DNA of 64,000 nt from contig JANQMA010000003.1 of the NCBI GenBank assembly GCA_028280285.1, positions 8,868-72,867 on the forward strand, in the 5' to 3' direction. The stretch is from Candidatus Omnitrophota bacterium (lineage in GTDB: Bacteria; Omnitrophota; Gorgyraeia; Zapsychrales; Zapsychraceae). The notes under the pieces are model-generated. The model did no database searches. It saw nothing but the letters and a program-made list of their open reading frames with translations, and was not told the origin of the DNA. The position numbers and the translations under genes were made by a program. Below are positions 56,912 through 64,000 of the stretch, in pieces (the stretch's first letter is position 1; each line of letters opens with the position of its first letter).

Positions 56912-59392
56912 ATGAGTTACACAATCGATAAAATCAAAGAAATAGAGTCCAAATGGCAGAAAAACTGGGCTGAGGACGCTGTCTTTAAGGCTGTTAAAGA
57001 CGCTTCCAAACCAAAATACTACTGTCTGGAGATGTATCCCTATCCTTCCGGCAAGCTCCACATGGGCCATGTCCGCAATTATACCATTGGTGATGTGTTG
57101 GCCCGTTTCAGGCGCCAGCAAGGCTACAATGTTCTCTATCCGATGGGATTCGACTCTTTCGGGCTTCCGGCCGAAAATGCGGCCATCAAAAATCAAAGCG
57201 ATCCGCAAGACTGGACCGAGGAGCGCATGACCGATATGGTGGCCCAGATGAAAACCATGGGACTCAGCTACGATTGGGACCGGTTTCTCTTCAGCCACAG
57301 CGATGATTATTATAAATGGAATCAATGGCTGTTTATTCAGATGTTTAAAAAGGGTTTGGCGTATAAAAAGAAATCGGTTGTCAATTGGGACCCGGTTGAT
57401 CAGACAGTGTTGGCCAATGAACAGGTGATTGACGGTAAAGGGTGGCGCAGCGGGGCCGAGGTTGAGAAAAAAGAGATTTCGCAGTGGTTTATTAAAATTA
57501 CCGATTACTCCGAAGAGCTTTTGCGTGATTTAGAAAAATTAAACAATTGGCCTGAGCGGGTCAAGACAATGCAGCGTAATTGGATTGGCAAATCGCAAGG
57601 CTCGGTGATCCGTTTTGATGTGGTTGATGCTGATAGTGAAAAAATCGATGAGCTTGAAACGTTTACGACAAGACCCGATACGGTATTCGGGATTGAATAT
57701 GTTGTCTTGGCGGCCGAACATCCCAAATGCAAAGAATGGACCGCCGGCAAGTCGAATGAGCAGGAAGTAAATACTTTTATCCATGACGTCACTAAACAGT
57801 CAACTATTGAACGCGTCGGGGATGCCCAGGAGAAAAAGGGTGTTGACTTAGGTGTCTTTGCGGTTAATCCGGTTAATGGCCGCCGGGTACCAATCTGGAT
57901 TGCCGATTATGTGCTCATGGATTACGGGACAGGCGCTGTTATGGCGGTGCCGGCACACGATACGCGCGATTTTAAATTTGCGAAAAAATATGATCTTCCT
58001 ATTTCACTTGTGATCGCTCCGTCGGATCAACCTGATTTAAACGTCGAGGACATGACCGAGGCGTTTGTTGAGGTCGGCACTATGGTTAACTCTGAACAGT
58101 TTAACGGACTGTCAAGCGATCAGGCCAAGGCCGACATTGCCGATTGGATGGCAAGCAAAGGCTATTCCCATAAAGCCACAACGTTTCGTTTAAAAGATTG
58201 GCTCATTTCCCGTCAACGTTATTGGGGAACACCGATACCGATTTATTATGATGATGCGGGTCATCCTCAACCCATCCCTGAAGAAGATCTTCCGGTTAAA
58301 CTGCCTAAAGATGTTGTGTTTGGCCAAGGTAATCCGCTTGAGACGTCGGAATCATTTCAGTATTATGTGGCGAAAGATGGTAAGAGGTATCGCCGGGAAA
58401 CAGACACGATGGATACCTTCTTCGACAGTAGTTGGTATTTTATCCGTTATGCCGATTTAAATAGCGACAAGATTATCGACCGTGATACGGCGAATTATTG
58501 GATGCCGGTCGATCAATATATCGGCGGGATTGAGCATGCGATTTTGCATTTGCTTTATTCGCGTTTTTTTACCAAGGTGTTTCGCGATCTTGATTTGATC
58601 GATGTGGATGAGCCGTTTAATCGATTATTAACGCAGGGCATGGTCCTTCTTCACGGTGAGGTTATGTCGAAATCTAAGGGCAATGTCGTCGATCCGGATG
58701 ACATGATCGGTAAATACGGGGCTGATGCCGTGCGTTTGTTTATTTTGTTTGCCGCACCTCCTGAAGATCAATTGGAATGGAATGATCGTGCCGTTGAAGG
58801 TGCCTGGCGGTTTTTAAATAGGATTTATTTGTTTGCTGATCTTTTTAACAAAGAGGTGGATGATGATATTGATGAGGCACAAATGGATGGCGCTGATCGC
58901 GACATGGAACGCTTGCGCCATGAAACAATTAAAAAAGTAACGGAAGATTTTGAGCATTATAAATTTAATACGGCGATCAGCAGTCTTATGATTTTGATGA
59001 ATGAGGTTGATAAGTATAAAAAGAATGTTGGTGACAGTGAAACAAAGAAAAAAATTATCAACCGTTTAATCCGCACGGTGAATAAACTCCTTGCGCCGAT
59101 TGCGCCGCATTTAAGTGAAGAGATTTATCAACTTATTGATGGGACGGAAAAAAGTATTGTCACCTCCGGTTGGCCGGCGTATGATGAAAAAGCGTTAATT
59201 CAAGAAACGATCCAAATTGTAGCTCAGGTTAATGGCAAGTTAAGAGGCAAATTTCAGATTCCGGCCGACAGTAGTGAGGAGCAGGTTAAGGATTTGGTTT
59301 TGGCCGATGAAGGTATCAAGAAGTACACGCAGGATAAACCGATTCGCAAATTTGTCTATGTTAAAGGTAAGATTGCGAATGTAGTCGTCTAA
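56912..59392 (+). CDS. leuS: leucyl-tRNA synthetase
   Basis: HMGHVRNY (HIGH) and VMSKSKGN (KMSKS). 826 aa. Confidence 0.95.
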   Translation: MSYTIDKIKEIESKWQKNWAEDAVFKAVKDASKPKYYCLEMYPYPSGKLHMGHVRNYTIGDVLARFRRQQGYNVLYPMGFDSFGLPAENAAIKNQSDPQDWTEERMTDMVAQMKTMGLSYDWDRFLFSHSDDYYKWNQWLFIQMFKKGLAYKKKSVVNWDPVDQTVLANEQVIDGKGWRSGAEVEKKEISQWFIKITDYSEELLRDLEKLNNWPERVKTMQRNWIGKSQGSVIRFDVVDADSEKIDELETFTTRPDTVFGIEYVVLAAEHPKCKEWTAGKSNEQEVNTFIHDVTKQSTIERVGDAQEKKGVDLGVFAVNPVNGRRVPIWIADYVLMDYGTGAVMAVPAHDTRDFKFAKKYDLPISLVIAPSDQPDLNVEDMTEAFVEVGTMVNSEQFNGLSSDQAKADIADWMASKGYSHKATTFRLKDWLISRQRYWGTPIPIYYDDAGHPQPIPEEDLPVKLPKDVVFGQGNPLETSESFQYYVAKDGKRYRRETDTMDTFFDSSWYFIRYADLNSDKIIDRDTANYWMPVDQYIGGIEHAILHLLYSRFFTKVFRDLDLIDVDEPFNRLLTQGMVLLHGEVMSKSKGNVVDPDDMIGKYGADAVRLFILFAAPPEDQLEWNDRAVEGAWRFLNRIYLFADLFNKEVDDDIDEAQMDGADRDMERLRHETIKKVTEDFEHYKFNTAISSLMILMNEVDKYKKNVGDSETKKKIINRLIRTVNKLLAPIAPHLSEEIYQLIDGTEKSIVTSGWPAYDEKALIQETIQIVAQVNGKLRGKFQIPADSSEEQVKDLVLADEGIKKYTQDKPIRKFVYVKGKIANVVV

Positions 59393-59422
59393 CCGTAACA
59401 AGCACCGGGTGCTTGTTACGGT
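59393..59422 (+). terminator. hairpin after leuS
   Basis: ccgtaacaagcacc ggg tgcttgttacgg, a perfect 13-bp stem. No strong T-tract. Confidence 0.45.
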
Positions 59423-59463
59423 TACCCCCAAGCAAAGCTCGATTTCCCCACCAAGTGATTACT

Positions 59464-59805
59464 ATGCATTATTTAACCAAGCAGGAAAAGCTGTGTCTGA
59501 CGGTATTTTTTATCATCGCCTTTGCGGGACTATTCTTACAAATTTCATTTAAGAAATATCCACAGCTCAAGAACATTGTTAACATTATCGATGATGAGGC
59601 ATTTTACCCCAAGCTCGACGTTAACCGGGCCGGTGTTGAAGAACTTAAGGAACTGCCCGGCATCGGTGCATTTACGGCACAGACCATTATTGACTACCGT
59701 AAGCAGAAAGGTGCCATCACATCTTTAAAAGAAATCGAAAATCTTCCCGGAGTATACCCTAAAAATTTTAAACGGTTTCGACCGTATCTTAAGGTGAGCC
59801 CATGA
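59464..59805 (+). CDS. comEA: ComEA-like helix-hairpin-helix DNA-binding protein
   Basis: Internal start MHYLTKQEK. TM helix. DVNRAGVEELKELPGIGAFTAQTIIDYRKQKGAITSLKEI (HhH). Confidence 0.7.
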   Translation: MHYLTKQEKLCLTVFFIIAFAGLFLQISFKKYPQLKNIVNIIDDEAFYPKLDVNRAGVEELKELPGIGAFTAQTIIDYRKQKGAITSLKEIENLPGVYPKNFKRFRPYLKVSP

Positions 59806-61334
59806 AACAAAAACCGTTTCATTCATCGATTATTGTGTTTGTGTGCCTGGGTTATGTCGGCGGGATTGTTGTCAGTTATTTTATATCTATTGCGTTTAGT
59901 GTTCTTTTTTGCCTTGTATGTTTTTTATTTGGTGTATTGTTTTTTATCCGCCGAAAAAGAATCATCTATACAGTTTTTATTATCCTGGCATTTGTTTTCG
60001 GTTGCGTTTATACGCAAAGTGTTCAATTAAAAGCCCCGAACGACATTAATAATTTTTATGCTTTAACCAAAGGCAAAGAGATTATCCTGCGGGGAATAAT
60101 CGATAGTGATGTGACCTACAAAAAAGTTTTTCATACTGGGCGTTATAGCTTTACGCTTAAGTGTGCAAACATATTTTTGCACAATCAGTGGCAAAACACG
60201 ACGGGTAAAGTTCTTGTGCAGATGTATCACGATGCAGATCTTCAGTATGGCGATTATGTGGATTTAACTGGAAAGACCCATCGACCGTTTGAGTACAGTG
60301 ATAATGAGCACTCGTCCTATGTTGATTATCTTAAGCGTCGAGGCATTCATTTAATATTGAGTATGAAAAAAGAAGGAAAGGTTTTGCGTCACAGTGACGT
60401 CCGGTTAACCGATATTAAAACGATTATATATCCCTGGCGACGGAAGTTTATCGATGTGTTCAATACGTATTTAACACCGAATGAGGCAGGCATCATGCGC
60501 GCGGTTATTTTGGGTGACCGTACGCAACTGCCGCGTCATGTTAAGGAGCTCTTCAGTCGTACGGGCACATCTCATGTGCTCGCGATGAGCGGTCTTCACG
60601 TGGGGGCCGTCGCCGGTATTTTTATGCTTGTGATCCGCAGTTTATCTTTAGGGTACCGTCTTAAAAATATTTTACTTATTGTTATGCTTATTCTTTTTGT
60701 CTTTCTCACCGGAATGCGTCCGTCTATCATAAGGGCCCTTATTATGACATCACTTATGCTTGGGGGATATATTTTTGAGAAAGAATCGAATCATTATAAC
60801 AATGTCTTTTTGGCTGCCTTTATTATTTTGTTGATTAATCCGCTTTATCTTTTTGATATCGGTTTTCAATTATCTTTTGCCTGTATTTTTTCAATCCTGT
60901 TTTTAATGTCTATCATAAATCGCGAGGCATCGATGGGAGAGTTAGGCGGCCTGGGAAAGCTGCGGCATTATTTTTTTGATTCGCTGTCTGTTTCAACGGT
61001 CATATGGATTGGGGTAACGGGCTTAACTGTCTTGTATTTTAATATAGTGACGCCCGTCAGTATTATCGTTAATCTATGGGCTATTCCGCTGATCGGTATT
61101 GTGGTGGTTTTGGGATTGGGGATGCTTTTGGCCAGTATTATTTTTCCTGTTATGATCGGTTGTTTTGCCGCCTGCCTTAAGGTTGTGCTGAATTTCTTTG
61201 TGGCGACACTGTTTTTAGCGGAAAAAGTACCGTTGGGATATTTCTATGTTAAATACGTAAATATTTGGTATATAATAATTTACTACATTGTCATCTTTGT
61301 CCTGGGGTTTTTCTTTGTGAGGAGGAATAAATAG
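59802..61334 (+). CDS. comEC: ComEC/Rec2-family membrane channel protein (no beta-lactamase domain)
   Basis: DUF4131-like N-terminus. Competence-domain motif VLAMSGLHVG. About 10 TM helices. Confidence 0.7.
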   Translation: MKQKPFHSSIIVFVCLGYVGGIVVSYFISIAFSVLFCLVCFLFGVLFFIRRKRIIYTVFIILAFVFGCVYTQSVQLKAPNDINNFYALTKGKEIILRGIIDSDVTYKKVFHTGRYSFTLKCANIFLHNQWQNTTGKVLVQMYHDADLQYGDYVDLTGKTHRPFEYSDNEHSSYVDYLKRRGIHLILSMKKEGKVLRHSDVRLTDIKTIIYPWRRKFIDVFNTYLTPNEAGIMRAVILGDRTQLPRHVKELFSRTGTSHVLAMSGLHVGAVAGIFMLVIRSLSLGYRLKNILLIVMLILFVFLTGMRPSIIRALIMTSLMLGGYIFEKESNHYNNVFLAAFIILLINPLYLFDIGFQLSFACIFSILFLMSIINREASMGELGGLGKLRHYFFDSLSVSTVIWIGVTGLTVLYFNIVTPVSIIVNLWAIPLIGIVVVLGLGMLLASIIFPVMIGCFAACLKVVLNFFVATLFLAEKVPLGYFYVKYVNIWYIIIYYIVIFVLGFFFVRRNK

Positions 61335-61377
61335 TGCCAGGTACTATTTTTTTAAAAATAGTACCTGGCACTATTTA
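61331..61377. repeat. perfect palindrome (2 x 21 nt) of the aatagtRccWggYactatt family; bidirectional-terminator-like
   Basis: aaatagtgccaggtactattt ttttaaa aatagtacctggcactattt. Confidence 0.8.
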
Positions 61378-61422
61378 TTCCATGCGTTGACAAAGGACTG
61401 AGCCTGTAGTAGAGTAGGCGGT

Positions 61423-62382
61423 ATGATGCAGCTAGTTATTAGAATATTAATAGTATTACTTATCGTTATATTTCACACCGCTCAATCACATGCTGTTTGG
61501 GTCTGGACACCCGAAACCAATAAGTGGATTAATCCAAAATATTCCGTAAAAGACACGCCTGGCGAACAGCTTGAGTATGCGCTTGAGTTTTTTGGTGCAG
61601 AAGATTATGAAACGGGTATTAAGGAACTTAAGAAACTGATCAAGCACTATCCAAAGGCCCGCGAAGCACCTGATGCGCAATATAAAATCGGCGAGGCTCA
61701 TTATAAACTAGGTCAACCTTTCACCGCTTTTAAGGAATACCAAAAAGTGATCGACATGTATCCTTTCAGCGACCTTTCGGTTAAGATTGTTGAACAACAA
61801 TTTCAAATCGGCATGGAGGCACTGGAAGGGATTGATGAAGAAAAAGGGTTTTTTAAAACCTTTACGGGGGAAATTGTTAATGTGGCCGATGTGTTTCGCC
61901 AGGTTATTAAAAATGCTCCCTACAGTAATATTGCGCCTGAAGCACAGTATCGTATTGGTCTTTATCTTATGGAAAAGATGGAGTATCAAACATCACGTAA
62001 TGAGTTTGAAAAGACCATGAACGATTATCCCGAAACAGAGTGGGCGAAGTTGGCTAAATATCAAATTGCGGTTGTCGATGCCAAACGCTCGACGGGGGCC
62101 GCGTATGATCAAAAGGTAACCGAGGCAGCTATCAGCGAATTTAAAGAGATTCTCGAAGAGAATCCCGATGCCGATCTTTCTGAGGACGCCAAACGCCAGA
62201 TCGCCAAGTTAAGAGAAAAAGAAGCAGAAAACAATTATATGATTGCGAATTTTTACGAAAAACAAAAAAACTTCAAGTCAGCTAAGATTTACTATCAAAT
62301 TATTGTTGACGAGTATCAAGAAACAAAGTTTGCCCAAAAGGCATTAACCAAAATCCAAGATCTGGCGATAAAGGAAAAATGA
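61423..62382 (+). CDS. bamD: BamD-like TPR protein (outer membrane protein assembly factor D-like)
   Basis: Signal peptide. TPR-like repeats with DAQYKIGEAHYKLG and EAQYRIGLYLMEKMEY, as in BamD/YfiO. No lipobox Cys. Confidence 0.45.
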   Translation: MMQLVIRILIVLLIVIFHTAQSHAVWVWTPETNKWINPKYSVKDTPGEQLEYALEFFGAEDYETGIKELKKLIKHYPKAREAPDAQYKIGEAHYKLGQPFTAFKEYQKVIDMYPFSDLSVKIVEQQFQIGMEALEGIDEEKGFFKTFTGEIVNVADVFRQVIKNAPYSNIAPEAQYRIGLYLMEKMEYQTSRNEFEKTMNDYPETEWAKLAKYQIAVVDAKRSTGAAYDQKVTEAAISEFKEILEENPDADLSEDAKRQIAKLREKEAENNYMIANFYEKQKNFKSAKIYYQIIVDEYQETKFAQKALTKIQDLAIKEK

Positions 62383-62909
62383 AAAAATTCTGTTTAACAA
62401 TGGTTATCATTTTAAGCACCGTTGTAGGCGGTTGTGGCTATACGACCAGTTCGGCTCTTCCGGGACACCTTAAAACAATACATGTCGAAAAGTTCGATAA
62501 TCAAATAAGTTATACATCAAATGTTGGACGTCGTAACCTTTATTTTCCTCTATTGGAAGTTGACGTGCATAATGCGGTTATTGACCGATACCTTTTTGAC
62601 GGTAATCTGCGTATTGCCGATAAAGATTTAGCTGATTTGATTTTAAAAGGTACGCTTAAGAGCTACCGCCGCGATGCGCTAAGAGTTGATGATAATGATG
62701 ATGTCGAAGAATATCGCGTTTACGTAACGGTCAGCCTTGAGCTTTGGGATATGAAATATAATGAACTTATGTGGAGCGTATCAAGCCTTTCGGGCGAGGC
62801 CACTTATTTTTTAACCGGTCCTGAAGCCAGCTCTGAAGAATCAGCCGTTTCCGAAGCGATCACAGACCTTGCCCGCCGTATCGTCGAGAGGACGATTGAA
62901 AACTGGTAA
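62379..62909 (+). CDS. lptE: LptE-like LPS-assembly lipoprotein
   Basis: Lipobox VVGGCGY. HVEKFDN, ADLILKGTL, VTVSLELWD pattern as in LptE/RlpB. Position between leuS and holA as in E. coli. Confidence 0.45.
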   Translation: MKKFCLTMVIILSTVVGGCGYTTSSALPGHLKTIHVEKFDNQISYTSNVGRRNLYFPLLEVDVHNAVIDRYLFDGNLRIADKDLADLILKGTLKSYRRDALRVDDNDDVEEYRVYVTVSLELWDMKYNELMWSVSSLSGEATYFLTGPEASSEESAVSEAITDLARRIVERTIENW

Positions 62910-62910
62910 G

Positions 62911-62982
62911 AATTAAGGGGACACAATACTTAATTCGATTACCAAATAATTAAATTAATTAAGTATTGTGTCCCCTTAATTC
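62911..62982. repeat. inverted repeat, taaggggacacaat family, located between lptE and holA
   Basis: gaattaaggggacacaatacttaatt..aattaagtattgtgtccccttaattc. Arms identical to the copy at 18290-18363. Confidence 0.85.
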
Positions 62983-62983
62983 T

Positions 62984-63637
62984 ATGACTTTTCTTATTAT
63001 AGGCCAAGACACTCAAGCCAAAGACGACAAAATAAGCGCGCTTAAAAAAAAATACCTTCCCAAAAGAGAATCGCACGAATTTGATTTTGAAGTTCTTCAC
63101 GCCCACAAACTTGACTCTGATCAACTCAAACAAAGTTTGATCGCCTTGCCGGCCATAGCGGGGCACCGTCTGGTGGTGATCCGTACGGCCGATAAATTAA
63201 GTGCGCATAATAAAGAGTTAGTGTTAGAGCAAGTCGGCCAAAAAGATACGCAGACAGTCCTTGTCCTGGAAGCGGATCAAATGGATGGCAAAACGTCCTT
63301 TTATAAAAAGCTCAGTAAGGCCGCCGAGGTGACGCGGGTCCACTCTGAGGCGAAAGGCAATGTTTTTGATATTACGAATGCGATGGAGAGGCGTGATACC
63401 ACAGGCGCGCTTAAGATGTTAACGCAGGCGATCGACGATGGACAGCATCCTTTGCAGATTATGGGTGTATTGGTTTGGTTTTGGGGGAAGATGAAACCGC
63501 GCGTCAAAGATGAGGCATTTAAAAAAGGCCTCTTGGAACTCCAAGAGGCCGATTTAAATATTAAACGCAGCCGGATCAGATCCGACTATGCGGTCGAAAT
63601 TGCGGTGACTAAGCTATGCTCGCTAATTTCTTACTAA
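62984..63637 (+). CDS. holA: DNA polymerase III delta subunit (short form)
   Basis: MTFLIIGQDTQAKDDKISALKKKY N-terminus typical of HolA. Synteny leuS..lptE-holA. Confidence 0.55.
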   Translation: MTFLIIGQDTQAKDDKISALKKKYLPKRESHEFDFEVLHAHKLDSDQLKQSLIALPAIAGHRLVVIRTADKLSAHNKELVLEQVGQKDTQTVLVLEADQMDGKTSFYKKLSKAAEVTRVHSEAKGNVFDITNAMERRDTTGALKMLTQAIDDGQHPLQIMGVLVWFWGKMKPRVKDEAFKKGLLELQEADLNIKRSRIRSDYAVEIAVTKLCSLISY

Positions 63638-63872
63638 GAGTAGATTTGCGGCGGGCTACTGTATTTTTCTTAAGCAAGTTTGTTTTAACGGCTTTATCAA
63701 GCTTTTTGAAAATCACACTGAGTTGAGACTTTGCGTCGGTTGCGTTTTTACCTTCAACAGAGGCCAAAAATGCTTTGGTTTGCTTCTTGATTTCCGTCTT
63801 TTGGTCAAGATTGCGCATTCTGTTCGTATGACTTTTTCTTAGCTCTTTAATTCCAGATCTTCTCGATGGCAT
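63609..63872 (-). CDS. rpsT: 30S ribosomal protein S20
   Basis: Internal start MPSRRSGIKELRKSHTNRMRN..KNTVARRKSTLSKKLASI. Basic helical ~87 aa. Confidence 0.8.
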   Translation of the reverse strand: MPSRRSGIKELRKSHTNRMRNLDQKTEIKKQTKAFLASVEGKNATDAKSQLSVIFKKLDKAVKTNLLKKNTVARRKSTLSKKLASIA

Positions 63873-64000
63873 ATTAATTTCTCCTAAATATATCCGGCCC
63901 AAGGGCCTCATTGATCAGAGAGTATAGCGAAAAGCCTAACATATGTCAATATATAATTCAAGCCACCAGGATTCGCCGGATGTTCCGCGCGATACCCATA

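Noticed and set aside
57505-57792. Minus-strand ORFs inside leuS
   Set aside because: Antisense to a highly conserved aminoacyl-tRNA synthetase gene.

Overview
This 64 kb window comes from a low-GC (about 40%), gene-dense bacterial chromosome. The presence of bamD-like, lptE-like, thiH and Nramp genes suggests an anaerobic, diderm-type uncultivated lineage. Most of the window is housekeeping: tRNA-Val/tRNA-Asp, rpsU, rpsT, leuS, holA, era, mnmE, mnmG, purH, folC, pabBC, cysK, thiSGH/thiF, and comEA/comEC. Several small accessory insertions are interspersed. These are a tRNA-adjacent islet (frameshifted ORF6N/KilA-N-like gene, lipoprotein, an unknown two-gene operon, an XRE regulator), a BrnT/BrnA toxin-antitoxin pair splitting the thiamine cluster, and a wHTH-nucleotidyltransferase/HEPN pair between mnmG and cysK. 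There is a LacI-controlled glycan-utilisation locus (SBP, two permeases, a clan GH-A hydrolase, accessory proteins) carrying an unrecognised ~110-aa repeated domain. There are also three PilZ proteins, two of them tandem behind a long structured leader, and two GT-C-like glycosyltransferases. The most striking sequence-level feature is at least nine families of long, degenerate, word-built inverted repeats (hairpin elements). They sit at gene ends, inside operons, in 5' leaders, and once in-frame inside a CDS; a short hairpin element also appears to have frameshifted the ORF6N gene. No CRISPR array, integrase or transposase is visible. All product calls rest on motif recognition by eye, since no searches could be run.
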